Program-made: the position numbers and the translations under genes
Source: Candidatus Thorarchaeota archaeon SMTZ1-45
GTDB lineage: Archaea; Asgardarchaeota; Thorarchaeia; Thorarchaeales; Thorarchaeaceae
Direction of reading: 5' to 3'
Assembly: GCA_001563335.1 (NCBI GenBank)
Contig: LRSL01000095.1
Location: 14,586 to 78,585 of the forward strand
DNA length: 64,000 nt
Part shown: piece by piece, positions 39,848 through 50,668 of the stretch
Position numbering within the stretch: position 1 is the first letter of the stretch
Layout of the letters: every line of letters starts with the position of its first letter
The notes under the pieces: generated by a model
What the model was told of the DNA's origin: nothing
Database searches by the model: none
What the model saw: the letters and a program-made list of their open reading frames with translations, nothing else

Positions 39848-42652
39848 ATGGTTTTAGATGCTAAACACAAAAGAATGGCATTCACGCTTCTATGCCTGCT
39901 TGTGTCTAGCACAATTTTCTCGAGTTTCTTGATTTTCATCGACTCATATTCCTACAACATTTGGGACTACGAAACTGATGTGGGGCCGGCATCGATGGTG
40001 ATTCTTGGTTCAGAAGGACTAGACTTCATTGATGAGATTCTAGCACTACCAGAGATTAATAGAGTTTCATCGCTCAAAACATCAATGGCATCTGTTATTG
40101 CATATCCTCCTGAATACAATGCCTCATTCGCTTGTTCAGAAGCCATGATTGAAAATACAAATGGTTACACTATTCAAGGCCCCTTAGATGAGGTATCAAA
40201 TAGGACTATTAGAGTGGGATATATCGATGAAACATTTCAGGATAATTTCCCTTCAATCATAAATATAACAAGTGGAAAATTGCCTGAGAGTGACTCAGAA
40301 ATTGCATTTTCAGAATGGTTGGCTAGTATCTTCCAAGTGACAGCAGGAGATATTGTAAGTTATGAACATGGTGTGAATAATCCACACTATTCAACTCTCC
40401 GTCTTGTAGGAGTCTATTCACAAGATGAGGCGGATACAAGAAGCGGTCATTATTATAGACTTGCAGATGCTGTAGTTCCTCCAGCGCTCTTGACCAACGA
40501 TAGTCGAGAAGACTATCTTTTCTTGGATGTAGAACCCCGTCATCATCCATTAATCCCCTCTACTGGAGTTTCTTATCTAGCCGATATCGAAGAAAAAATC
40601 AGAGAGCTTGATCCCCAATACAGTTTATTTCATCATACATCGTTCTACATTGATGATATCTTAGCCAAAGGAATCATTAGGTATCAAGCTTGGCTCTTGT
40701 CTACAAGGTTTCAGCAATCTACTAGAATTATTGGTTTCATATTTTTTGCTCTAGTTTTCGCGGGATTTGGAATTAGATATAACATAAAAGACAAGAAGAC
40801 AGAGATTGAGATGCTTAGAGCAAGAGGGGGTTCGAGCGCTCAGATTACCTTGTTATATCTTCGAGAGTTACTATTTCTTGGAGTTTTATCAACTATTATT
40901 GCTGTGGGCCTTGGCTTTTCGATAAGCAGAATCGGTTTCGCGACTATAGGATTCTTTCATTTTGAGCAATTAGTTACTAGTCCATTTCTGCTTTCACTCG
41001 ATTCTATTATTATCTTGATCATATTGAGTATAGTAGTCCCTTTGAGCCTGTATTCGATTCTTCATAACAATTCGAATATTGTTACAAAAGGATCTATTGG
41101 TTTTGGAGGTCATGCAAAATTAGCAAGACTAGTGCGGTTGTTTCGTTGGGACATTTCATTATCACTAGTTTCACTTGTAATTCTCCTGAGTATCTGGGGA
41201 TCAAATAGTCTAATCACTCAGAGTTCTATCTTTTCTCTTCTCTCATATGTTACCCCATTTACATTTTTCATTGGACTTGCAGGTATGATATCCAGATCAT
41301 TAAAGATTAGCTCAAATTGGCTCTCTTCAAGACTCAGAAAACCAATTGGAAAACTTGCTTCTGGATTGGGAATAAGACGAATAAGCTCGAATGTGTCGAC
41401 TTCTGGTACAACAGTACTAATCCTTGCCTTAGCAATCAGCCTTGCTTGGAATGGTGCTGTTTTCGAGGTCACATTGCCCAATACAATACTCAATCAAACG
41501 AGATTTGCAATAGGCGGAGATTTAACACTCCGGTTAGAAGATGATAGTAGGGACCTCTGGGATGATTTATTCCAAAACGTAACTGAGAGTCCAATAGTGG
41601 AAGGACTTTCAATCGTCACAACCTATGGACTCTCACTGTCTTCAGAAATGCAAAATCTTGTTGAGTTTGTATCCATAGAACCAATGCTGTACGCTGATGT
41701 TGGTTATGACTCACTCGGTGCTCCATTAGCACAATCAAACTTAATGCCTTCACTTTCTATACTAGATAAGAATCCAACTGGAGTTATCATGACTTCTGAT
41801 ATAGCAAGGAGTTATGGGTTGTCTGAGGGTGACACACTTAGAGCCTTTCGTGCCAATGGGTCAGAAGTAGATACGCTAATCTTTAACATTCTCTCTATTG
41901 TTGAATCTCTACCGGACTCTATGGTTGGACCTGATGGCTACACACCGCCTCCATTGGGCTCTTCTGATAGAGTTGGTCGTGGTCAAATCTGGATGCATAT
42001 ACAACATGCTGAAACGGTATTTCTGCATAACTCCTCTATAGCAACGACTCTATGTGTTCGAACGCGTGAGGGTGCAAATGGACAAGAACTTGTGGATGCA
42101 GTTCTTGACTCCAATCTGGCAGATGCCATCTTGGGGTATGCAGTTGCGAGTGTAATAGCAGAACAGTCATCACTGCAAAATCTGTTTATCTTCGAGAGTT
42201 CTATCGATACAATTCTTATAATCATAGCATTGGGTTCAATACCAGTTGCATTTCTCATGCACTTCTATGAACAATTCGAAGACAAAAGAAAGGAATCAGC
42301 CCTTTTGAGGGCAATTGGAATGGAATCTATGCAATTACACAAGTACCAAATGATAGAAACACAGAGTGTTGCTCTATATGGCATACTTCTCATTACTTTA
42401 GGATCTCCCATTTTAATAACAACTTCATTGAACGTGTCAATGTATAATTCGCCAATCGCGTTTAAGGCATTCCCATATCCGATTCTTCTCTCAATCCCTT
42501 GGATTCCTCTAGTGATTCTAATAGCCTACTTAGTTCTATGCGCGGGTGCAATAGGATTCATCGTTTCTTTTCTTAACGTTAAGAAAACTATTGGTAAAGT
42601 AACTAGAGACATCTGGTTAGATAGCTTAAACAATAGGGGGCAAACCGAGTGA
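39848..42652 (+). CDS. Large FtsX/MacB-type ABC transporter permease
   Basis: EIEMLRARGGS and ESALLRAIGM FtsX motifs; IGGDL; two large extracellular domains. Confidence 0.87.
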   Translation: MVLDAKHKRMAFTLLCLLVSSTIFSSFLIFIDSYSYNIWDYETDVGPASMVILGSEGLDFIDEILALPEINRVSSLKTSMASVIAYPPEYNASFACSEAMIENTNGYTIQGPLDEVSNRTIRVGYIDETFQDNFPSIINITSGKLPESDSEIAFSEWLASIFQVTAGDIVSYEHGVNNPHYSTLRLVGVYSQDEADTRSGHYYRLADAVVPPALLTNDSREDYLFLDVEPRHHPLIPSTGVSYLADIEEKIRELDPQYSLFHHTSFYIDDILAKGIIRYQAWLLSTRFQQSTRIIGFIFFALVFAGFGIRYNIKDKKTEIEMLRARGGSSAQITLLYLRELLFLGVLSTIIAVGLGFSISRIGFATIGFFHFEQLVTSPFLLSLDSIIILIILSIVVPLSLYSILHNNSNIVTKGSIGFGGHAKLARLVRLFRWDISLSLVSLVILLSIWGSNSLITQSSIFSLLSYVTPFTFFIGLAGMISRSLKISSNWLSSRLRKPIGKLASGLGIRRISSNVSTSGTTVLILALAISLAWNGAVFEVTLPNTILNQTRFAIGGDLTLRLEDDSRDLWDDLFQNVTESPIVEGLSIVTTYGLSLSSEMQNLVEFVSIEPMLYADVGYDSLGAPLAQSNLMPSLSILDKNPTGVIMTSDIARSYGLSEGDTLRAFRANGSEVDTLIFNILSIVESLPDSMVGPDGYTPPPLGSSDRVGRGQIWMHIQHAETVFLHNSSIATTLCVRTREGANGQELVDAVLDSNLADAILGYAVASVIAEQSSLQNLFIFESSIDTILIIIALGSIPVAFLMHFYEQFEDKRKESALLRAIGMESMQLHKYQMIETQSVALYGILLITLGSPILITTSLNVSMYNSPIAFKAFPYPILLSIPWIPLVILIAYLVLCAGAIGFIVSFLNVKKTIGKVTRDIWLDSLNNRGQTE

Positions 42653-45456
42653 ATGTATTGAGTCGGCTTATATCAGATGCCCCACAGGTTCTTGCGACAC
42701 TTCTTATTTTCTCATTATCAGCAGGAGTTTTTGGTGGAGTTCTAATATACATGGATAGTGCTGGGCCTTATGTGTTGACTGAAATGGCTGATGATGCACC
42801 AATTCATATGGTGGTGGATTTCACAGATTATTTCTATGATCAGGATCAATTCACTTCAACTGATATTATTGAAATAATTGAGTCTCAGAATGGAATTCAT
42901 AACGCTGAACATCTTCTTATAATTGACGCATCATTTGGCAATCTTCTTTGGACATCTTATTTCAAGAGGTATGTATACCTAGGTGTTGGCGAGTCCTTCT
43001 TTGATGAATTCTCTGATGCTATACAATTACCTGAGGGGACACCTGCTCTAACTGATAATGCCTGCTACCTAGAGAGAAGCATCTTTGAAGGAGCGAATAT
43101 CAGTATTGGCGATTATTGTAACATATCAGTCGTTGTAGATATACCTTGGTGGAATGAGGTGGTTTTGGAAAGTCGTGAGTTCCTTGTGTTAGGCACATTT
43201 GAAACTGACCTGTGGGGCTCAATCGAGATTGAAGGTCACATCTATCCTAATTTGAGAGCAATTCTAACCAAAAATGCATTGCAATCTCAATTTGGTTTTG
43301 TTGGAATCGGAGAGAGGAATGGAATCATTGACAGTATTTGGGCAAAGTTTGATAATGCATTCCTTCAGTATTTCAATCCCTCTGAAGCCGAGGAGAATCT
43401 TCTGAATGCCAGGAGGAAAATAGAACAAAAAACAGCACCATTAGCGATTATTGGTGAGTATAAAGCTCTAGGTATTGTGCGTGGCTATTCAAGCTGGCAA
43501 AGTAGCATGACATCAATCGCAATTGCATTCTCAATACCCACATTAGTCATGGGGATCATACTTGTTCACTACTCTACCAAACTTCTTTCTGATAGGCTTC
43601 GCCGCGACGTAGGCATGTTGAGAGTCAGAGGCGCCAGTGGACGTCAATCACTCTGGTGGGTTCTAAGCACGACCACATTCACTGGTATAGTAGGAGGAAT
43701 AGGTGCGATTCTCATAAGTACATTAGCTGCAGTTCTATCCGGATCGGTTAGAGAGTTGTTCGTTTTTGATCCACTAGCAGAATTTGGCATCGTTCTACAC
43801 TCCGCTGCAGTAATTGCTGTTTTTCTCTTCTCATTTTTCATTGGTTTTGTAGCATCAACAGCATCAACAATCAGGGTATTGCTTATGATGCCAACCAAGA
43901 CACACGATGAGATGGAAACAGAAACATCAGAGAGTGAATACATGACCAACCCTTTTGTGGATGTTATTGCCCTCATTTTCTCTGGGATTGTATCTATGCA
44001 GTTACTTCTCCTTCTGGGTCAAGGAATGAATGCAAGCTGGCAGATTTTAGGACTTGTAATCTTGATGATTGGCGTGTTTGTGGTTTCCTTCACTAGATTC
44101 CTATCTCGTTTCGCAGGACCAATCAAATATCGATTAATGGAAAGGATTCATCGGCGGCAGCTACTTGTAGGCACAAGAGTTGTGGGCAGAACAGCTAAGA
44201 TGAAAATTAGTAGTGAAGCCCTTGGAGTGATGTTCATCGCATTGGTCTTTACTGCAGGTACATTTTCTGCAATTGCCTCAAGCACAGGATCTATGCAGAT
44301 ACGAAATCTAAGGTCATTTGAAATTGGTGCCGACATTGTTGCAGAAACGCATCCATTTCAAAATAATTTCACTTTAGATATTTTCGATATGATATCTACT
44401 ATTGAAGGAGTAAAAGAAGCCAGCGCTATGCTAGAGGTTCATGCAACAGTCCACTATTATACTGTAGGTCCTGTTATAACTATTCTTCATGACCGGGTGA
44501 TAACAGTATATGGCGTGCAACCTAGTAAATGGGCCCATACTGCTTTTCTTCTTCCTTATTTTACTGCTGAACATGAACCTAAAGTTGCATTGGAGATAAT
44601 CGAAGAGGAAGAGAGTAATGTCATATCATCATTCAAACCTGTATTAGGTTACAATATAGCTCCAGACGGTATGTACAGCAAGATCTATGGAGATCACATA
44701 GAGATTGACCTTCAAGATGGAATACCTGAAAACTACCTCAATTTGACTATAATAGATATTATGTCTGAAGACGAGGAGATAGATAGCGCAGCATATATGC
44801 CAGGATCTCCCGATAATAGTGATTTTATCATAATGAATCTAGAGCTGCTACATGACCAACTGAATTCAACAAAAGTGAGTAGAATTTATGTCGATATTGA
44901 GGAGGGGGCAAATTATACTCGAATAATGGATGACATTAAGAAAATAGCACCTTATAGCTTCTCCATAATCCGCTCCTCTTTACAGGCCATTGATGAGGTC
45001 TTTGATTCAAGAGGTGCAAGTACAATTCATGGAATCTACACATTGAATGTTCTTTTCTCTGTACTTTATTTGACAATAGGGATCTCAATTATAGCTGGTG
45101 ATAAGAACCGCCTGTACAGGAAACAATTTGCGATTCTACGAGCAATGGGGTCCGATTCCACCACAATTCAGTCAGCAATGCTATTTGATATTATAATCAA
45201 TATCGTTTTGTCATCTGTGATTGGGATGGTGACTGGTCTAGTATTGAGCGGCATGGTCCTAGGAACGCCTCTAATGTATATGGGTGTATCAGAAACCTTG
45301 CCCTGGAATCATCTGCCTATTTCACTATCAATTCCGTTCATCCAGTTGGGAGGAGTATATCTTATTGGTTATTCTTTTCCCCTGATTGCCACGCTTCTTG
45401 TTACGAGAAGAAATCTTCGTAATGACATCGCTGAAAGATTGCAAGATGCTGATTGA
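42649..45456 (+). CDS. Large FtsX/MacB-type ABC transporter permease
   Basis: DVGMLRVRGAS, IGADI and QFAILRAMGS; 4-nt overlap with the upstream permease. Confidence 0.87.
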   Translation: MNVLSRLISDAPQVLATLLIFSLSAGVFGGVLIYMDSAGPYVLTEMADDAPIHMVVDFTDYFYDQDQFTSTDIIEIIESQNGIHNAEHLLIIDASFGNLLWTSYFKRYVYLGVGESFFDEFSDAIQLPEGTPALTDNACYLERSIFEGANISIGDYCNISVVVDIPWWNEVVLESREFLVLGTFETDLWGSIEIEGHIYPNLRAILTKNALQSQFGFVGIGERNGIIDSIWAKFDNAFLQYFNPSEAEENLLNARRKIEQKTAPLAIIGEYKALGIVRGYSSWQSSMTSIAIAFSIPTLVMGIILVHYSTKLLSDRLRRDVGMLRVRGASGRQSLWWVLSTTTFTGIVGGIGAILISTLAAVLSGSVRELFVFDPLAEFGIVLHSAAVIAVFLFSFFIGFVASTASTIRVLLMMPTKTHDEMETETSESEYMTNPFVDVIALIFSGIVSMQLLLLLGQGMNASWQILGLVILMIGVFVVSFTRFLSRFAGPIKYRLMERIHRRQLLVGTRVVGRTAKMKISSEALGVMFIALVFTAGTFSAIASSTGSMQIRNLRSFEIGADIVAETHPFQNNFTLDIFDMISTIEGVKEASAMLEVHATVHYYTVGPVITILHDRVITVYGVQPSKWAHTAFLLPYFTAEHEPKVALEIIEEEESNVISSFKPVLGYNIAPDGMYSKIYGDHIEIDLQDGIPENYLNLTIIDIMSEDEEIDSAAYMPGSPDNSDFIIMNLELLHDQLNSTKVSRIYVDIEEGANYTRIMDDIKKIAPYSFSIIRSSLQAIDEVFDSRGASTIHGIYTLNVLFSVLYLTIGISIIAGDKNRLYRKQFAILRAMGSDSTTIQSAMLFDIIINIVLSSVIGMVTGLVLSGMVLGTPLMYMGVSETLPWNHLPISLSIPFIQLGGVYLIGYSFPLIATLLVTRRNLRNDIAERLQDAD

Positions 45457-45651
45457 TACGCATAAGATATGTGCGAAGTTACTCTTGAAAAATGTTGAAC
45501 TTTCTGACTTCTTACATAATTTTGATTCCCGAGTTGGTTTGTATTTTTAGCTCTTGATTCTTTCACAATATATCTAATGAAACCATGAGGTTGCAAGAAT
45601 AATCGATTATATTATGGTCGATGAAAATATTCCATCATCTCTATTGAGCCG

Positions 45652-46266
45652 GTGATTATTATGGCTGACGAACTGCTCTATAGAATACTCTTTGTTGCAC
45701 TCTATGCTTTATTTTTCAGTGTCAGAGGATACTATCGATTCGTAAAATCAAGACGCGAAGGACCAGAAATAGTCGATGAACGAAAGCCATTTGGAAAGGC
45801 TGAAGCAGTGATGAGCTTTGCAATCATTGGATACTTTGCTTCAATAATTCTGTACCTGCTCAATCAACCCTGGTTTGCATGGTCTCAGTTCCCAAATTAT
45901 CCAGAATTTGTGCGCTGGGTTGGTGTTTCTTTGGCTCTCATAAGCACACCTTTCCTATGGTGGATTCACAAAACATTGGATCGTCAATATTCTGCCTGTC
46001 TGCAGATCAAGGAGAGCCATATGCTAATCACCGAAGGCCCATATGCGCGAGTCCGGCATCCAATGTATACTGTCCTTAATATGTTCTCTTTTGGACTCGC
46101 TTTAGTAACTGCGAATTTCCTTGTTGTTGTCTTTGCAGCACTTGTCGTTATTCCATTTCCATTTGTAGCACGGAAAGAGGAACTGATGCTGTTAGAAACA
46201 TTCGGTGAGGAGTACTCCGAGTACATGAATCGGACTGGTCGATTTTTTCCCAAATTAAGCAAATGA
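45652..46266 (+). CDS. Isoprenylcysteine carboxyl methyltransferase (ICMT/PEMT) family protein
   Basis: LITEGPYARVRHPMY and EELMLLETFGEEYSEY motifs. Confidence 0.9.
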   Translation: MIIMADELLYRILFVALYALFFSVRGYYRFVKSRREGPEIVDERKPFGKAEAVMSFAIIGYFASIILYLLNQPWFAWSQFPNYPEFVRWVGVSLALISTPFLWWIHKTLDRQYSACLQIKESHMLITEGPYARVRHPMYTVLNMFSFGLALVTANFLVVVFAALVVIPFPFVARKEELMLLETFGEEYSEYMNRTGRFFPKLSK

Positions 46267-46302
46267 TATCGCGTGTCAAATCTAATGGACTAGCTGTCTA
46301 TC

Positions 46303-47031
46303 TTACATCGGTCGATAAATCTCAGTGGGCGGGTCAATCTCAACAATTGTTTGATTATCGGTGCTCCAAGATTCAATATTACCTGCCCAACTCGGTTGGA
46401 TCTCTCCTCTAGGCCGCAGGTAGACTTGCACCCAGTCATGAGGTGCAATCATGACGTGCCACGCAAGCTCCATCTCCCATTGAGCAGACTTGAAGAGATA
46501 GTGCCCCACTATCAAGATGCCTGCTCCATTATGGATTGGTGTCCATGAAGTGGTTTCATTGATACCAAACTCTGGGTGAGTCGATTTAAGATAATCAATG
46601 AACACATCTTGTTTTTCAAGGACCTCAGTTAGTCCTTCGAAGGTCCAGTTCAAAACATGGAGGAACGCAGAATCATGAGCAACCAACTCTCCCCATGTGA
46701 AAACAACCTCGACCTCAATGCACATGTCTATGTGACTTGAATTAGGATAGAGGAACACCTCCAGAAGTGGTGTCTGAAACCAATATCTGTAATCCGTATC
46801 TATGGATGCATTAGTCTGAATTACAACATCATAGTCAGTAATTACAGTTGGTGAATCAATCTCAACTAGAAACCATCCAATTTCACCAGGACTTGTGTTT
46901 ACGTTTTCTGGGATGAAGCTAACATCAAGCCGCACTGGATTTGAATCCAAGTAAAACAAAATTGCTACAAATGCACTAGATATTACAATCAATAATACAA
47001 CGCCTGCAAGCAAACGCTTGGTATCACTCAC
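46303..47031 (-). CDS. Hypothetical membrane-anchored extracellular protein
   Basis: 242 aa with a single N-terminal TM helix. Confidence 0.7.
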   Translation of the reverse strand: MSDTKRLLAGVVLLIVISSAFVAILFYLDSNPVRLDVSFIPENVNTSPGEIGWFLVEIDSPTVITDYDVVIQTNASIDTDYRYWFQTPLLEVFLYPNSSHIDMCIEVEVVFTWGELVAHDSAFLHVLNWTFEGLTEVLEKQDVFIDYLKSTHPEFGINETTSWTPIHNGAGILIVGHYLFKSAQWEMELAWHVMIAPHDWVQVYLRPRGEIQPSWAGNIESWSTDNQTIVEIDPPTEIYRPM

Positions 47032-47116
47032 TCTCTACACCTGATGCGAATAGGATTTTCGAACAAATAAAATGATACTGAATTCAGCATTCTACAATGG
47101 CTATCAAACGAGGTCT

Positions 47117-47746
47117 CTATAGAAATTCAGCAGGAATTCGAACTGCATGGGTACAACGTTCATCTCCTTGAAGGAGTGACTCTGTCAGTTTGACCTCAAT
47201 AGGTTGACCCAATACTCCTTCCCAAAGCTGTTTCACCCAACCTCCAGAGCAACAACAGAAGGTTGATGAAATCTCATCATTGCTTCTTTTCACCAGACCA
47301 CAATGACAATATGCTAGTCGTTTTTCCTCGTTGGTTGTTGCCTTCTTGTATGCCTTAGGATTATAGGGCACTTTAGTTATGTATATCCAATCATTTTTCC
47401 TGACCGGATAGTCATAGAACGAACCTCCACCCCACGATGTGTCCTCCCACATCAGTTTCAGAAGATCGTCTAAATTTCCAAGTCGCTCGAGTGCAGCTCT
47501 CATCTCCTTGATTCGAGTCTTGGGATATTTGTGAGGACATGTGTCAATCATCACTAGATTTCTAATTTTTTCATCACATAGACTATCGAGTTTTTCCATT
47601 GCTGACTTGATCCACCTGGTACGTTCTTCCTTTGCACGCTCACTCGAACCGGATGGTAGCTCATCCCACCCCTTAGCCACAATTTTCCTCACATCTTCTC
47701 CTGCTTGCTGTTCCAGGCTTTCAGCAAACTTTTGAAACCATTTCAT
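47117..47746 (-). CDS. Cys-rich DUF6144 / V4R-like protein
   Basis: Start reset to MKWFQK (SD GAGGTGA 5 nt upstream); YCHC, FCCCSGG and GDERC motifs. Confidence 0.78.
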   Translation of the reverse strand: MKWFQKFAESLEQQAGEDVRKIVAKGWDELPSGSSERAKEERTRWIKSAMEKLDSLCDEKIRNLVMIDTCPHKYPKTRIKEMRAALERLGNLDDLLKLMWEDTSWGGGSFYDYPVRKNDWIYITKVPYNPKAYKKATTNEEKRLAYCHCGLVKRSNDEISSTFCCCSGGWVKQLWEGVLGQPIEVKLTESLLQGDERCTHAVRIPAEFL

Positions 47747-47909
47747 TTTACTCACCTCATGGGGTTGTGACGGCTCAGAATTGCAATTGATGCATACTGA
47801 ATATTCATAACCTCCTTTTTGTCTATATAGCTCGCAAGTTCCGAGAATTAGTTCCTCATAAGTGATCACTACCCAAAGATATTTAACAATAGTTAATTAT
47901 TATCGGAAC

Positions 47910-48335
47910 ATGACTGTTTCGGAAAACATTGAATTGGTCAAGCAAGCAACTGGCGCCTATAACAGAGATGGTGCCGAAGGAATGGCAGAGTTCATGGATG
48001 ATGATGTTGTCGACCACTTTGCTAGTGGTCGAACGCCTCTAGAAGGTAAAATAGCATTTATTGAGGACAACATTGCATTCGCCAAGATCTTCGCGAATCT
48101 TCGGGCTGATATTACCAACAGCTTCGGTCAGGATGATTGGGTGTGTATTCAGGGTCATATAACAGGTACTCACCAAGGAACCTTTACACTCCAGAGTGGA
48201 AAACAACTCGCACCAACTGGAAAAACCATTCGAATTCCATTTTGCAATGTAATCAAGCTGAAGGATGGAAAGATAGCCGAAATTCACGAATATTTTGATC
48301 AGTTGAATTTCATGACTCAACTCGAAGCAGCATAA
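47910..48335 (+). CDS. SnoaL-like ester cyclase (NTF2 fold)
   Basis: GTHQG...PTGKTI...DGKIAEIHEYFD; start reset to MTVSENIE. Confidence 0.87.
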   Translation: MTVSENIELVKQATGAYNRDGAEGMAEFMDDDVVDHFASGRTPLEGKIAFIEDNIAFAKIFANLRADITNSFGQDDWVCIQGHITGTHQGTFTLQSGKQLAPTGKTIRIPFCNVIKLKDGKIAEIHEYFDQLNFMTQLEAA

Positions 48336-48433
48336 TTGGTTTCTTTCAAGGATCCAATATTACAGTTGTATTATTGAACAGTGTGCATACTGGCTCATTC
48401 TATGTAACTATCTTGCGTTATGGAGGGTAAAAA

Positions 48434-48844
48434 TTGGCATCTAACACGGGATTGACACAAGGTCTAGGTAGACGCCTTTTGACCTGGAGCATTCTGAACG
48501 TCATTATTGGTGGTCTGTTTTTCTTCATCTCTCCTTTTTCTTTTTTGAAAGGTATTGGCCTTCAGGGAATACTCTGGGGGTTAATTGATGCAGTAATTGC
48601 TTTGTTCACTTTATTCAAACAAAATACTCAACTAATAGAGAAAATTTCAAAGGTTCTACGTATTAACATCGTATTAGACATCGGTTATCAACTAGTTGGA
48701 ATAACATTACTGGTTTTTTTCTGGCAGGACGCTTTTCTCGCTGGGAATGGACTTGGAGTGATTATTCAAGGATTATTTCTATTTTTTTTGGATCTTTATT
48801 ATTACTTAAGATTCAACCAACTATCTCACAATGGAAAATCATAG
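48434..48844 (+). CDS. Small 4-TM membrane protein (DUF6992-like), paralog B
   Basis: LKGIG...LWGLIDA...INIVLD...GNGLGVIIQGLFLFFLD. Confidence 0.8.
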   Translation: MASNTGLTQGLGRRLLTWSILNVIIGGLFFFISPFSFLKGIGLQGILWGLIDAVIALFTLFKQNTQLIEKISKVLRINIVLDIGYQLVGITLLVFFWQDAFLAGNGLGVIIQGLFLFFLDLYYYLRFNQLSHNGKS

Positions 48845-48910
48845 TGTCATGTAAATGAATGCTCGGCACTATTTTAGTGCATAATTTATATTCCAGTAGA
48901 CTGATGTTTC

Positions 48911-49750
48911 TTGATTATTATGAGTTCTAATGAAACGTATGAAGTACGTTCCAGCGGTGAATCTCCAATTTCCTTTTCTTATTTGAAGAAGTTCAATCTT
49001 TACGCTGGCGTTCTTCATCTTTTAACAGGCGTGTTGATGCTCTTCCTAGGTCTTACCTTAGAGTGGTCACAGGATGTATACACTATCTACCTTGATTTTG
49101 AGATTATCAGCTTTGACCCATTTGAGTTTCTAGTGCAACCCACACCAGCAGTTCTCTTCACTTTGACTAACATAGGAGTTATACTTGCATCTTTTCCATT
49201 GATGTCTGCACTAGCTCATTTTCTCATTGCATTTCCGCTAAATGACAAATATGTGGAGAATCTAAAGAAAGGTATGAATCCCTACAGATGGTACGAGTAT
49301 TCTGTGTCGAGTTCCGTGATGATTTTCCTAATCACATTTCTCCTTGGAATATGGGACCTCTGGTCACTTGTGATGATTGTAGTGCTCAATGCCATGATGA
49401 TAATGTTTGGTTATCTAATGGAGGTAATCAATCAATACACCGAGAAAACCAAATGGAGCCCTTTCATTCTAGGATGTGTATCTGGTGGAACTCCTTGGGT
49501 AGTGCTATTCGGATATTTTGCTGCTGCAATCAGTGTTGCTGAAACACAGCCGCCAACATTCGTGTACATTATCATTTTCATGTACTTATTCCTCTTCAAC
49601 ATTTTTGCATTGAATATGCTTCTACAATACAAGAAAGTAAGTAAATGGAAGGACTATCTCTACGGGGAACGTATGTACATAGTACTGAGTTTGGTAGCAA
49701 AGACATTGCTAGCTTGGATAGTGTTCGCTGGGATCTTCGCACCATTCTGA
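48911..49750 (+). CDS. Heliorhodopsin
   Basis: 7 TM helices; NPYRWYEYSVSSSVM (counterion Glu), conserved His in LHLL and LAHF, YGERMYIVLSLVAK retinal-binding Lys. Confidence 0.93.
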   Translation: MIIMSSNETYEVRSSGESPISFSYLKKFNLYAGVLHLLTGVLMLFLGLTLEWSQDVYTIYLDFEIISFDPFEFLVQPTPAVLFTLTNIGVILASFPLMSALAHFLIAFPLNDKYVENLKKGMNPYRWYEYSVSSSVMIFLITFLLGIWDLWSLVMIVVLNAMMIMFGYLMEVINQYTEKTKWSPFILGCVSGGTPWVVLFGYFAAAISVAETQPPTFVYIIIFMYLFLFNIFALNMLLQYKKVSKWKDYLYGERMYIVLSLVAKTLLAWIVFAGIFAPF

Positions 49751-49856
49751 ATTTATTTTATATCTTTTGGCAGTCAATCGACTGCCAACTCTTTCCTTCT
49801 AATTTTACTAGAAATCCCTACACCAAATCATTAATATTCACAATAGTTAAAATATT

Positions 49857-50594
49857 TTGGGGAAGATTCAGATGGCTTTTGATCATGTTTACGAGAAGTA
49901 TCAACCAACATTCCTTGATCTTGTATTAGCAAGTATAGCTGCAATTGCGATGCCCATTATTGCAGGATACCTCTTTGACTTCATTGGTGCCTTTGTTCCT
50001 ATGGCAATATACTATGGCTTCTTTGCAATTCTGATAGTGAGATGGCGTAGGGGTAGTCTTGATTACCAGATCCACTGGGGGAATGTTAGAAAGCAATTCA
50101 GAAGTTACCTGACCCCTCTTTTCGTTGTGCTATTTCTACTACAGACAATATTGGTCATAACTTCATGGTTCACATTAATACGAGTAGAGATTTTGAATCC
50201 TATAGGTTGGATTCTGACTCTTGTGATATGGGCTCCCATCAATGCATTTTCTGAACAGTTGATTTGGCTCTACACTTTCGATTCATTTGCTGAATACTAC
50301 AAAGAGGGACGGAAACGCTCAATAATGGTCTTTATTGGGGGTGCCCTTTACATCGCTCTTATAGGCATGATTCACGTTTTATTCTGGGCTAAATTTCTGC
50401 TTGAGAGCAGCTATCTTTTCATATTTACACAGATATTCTTCATTATACAATTTATCATACCTATCGGATACATCTTCCTTTACAGACGGACTGGTAGTAT
50501 GTGGCCTCTCGGTATAATTCATGTTTTTCTCAATCTTACGGGTGTGCTTTTCAGCGGTTACTCGATTCTGCCCTATTTACTAATAATAGGGTAG
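49857..50594 (+). CDS. CPBP/Abi (CAAX protease)-like intramembrane protein
   Basis: SEQLIW, MIHV and RRTGSMWPLGIIHVFLN resemble CPBP motifs; the EE motif is degenerate (EQ). Confidence 0.6.
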   Translation: MGKIQMAFDHVYEKYQPTFLDLVLASIAAIAMPIIAGYLFDFIGAFVPMAIYYGFFAILIVRWRRGSLDYQIHWGNVRKQFRSYLTPLFVVLFLLQTILVITSWFTLIRVEILNPIGWILTLVIWAPINAFSEQLIWLYTFDSFAEYYKEGRKRSIMVFIGGALYIALIGMIHVLFWAKFLLESSYLFIFTQIFFIIQFIIPIGYIFLYRRTGSMWPLGIIHVFLNLTGVLFSGYSILPYLLIIG

Positions 50595-50668
50595 TAATAA
50601 GGTTAGACTGATGGTGTTGTGGAAAACTACAATAACCGCGCATAATTGCTTGAATTAGTGTGAATAAT

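Noticed and set aside
47747-47909. Overlapping N-terminal extensions of the divergent DUF6144-like and SnoaL genes
   Set aside because: Better starts exist at 47746 (with SD) and 47910, leaving a normal divergent promoter region.
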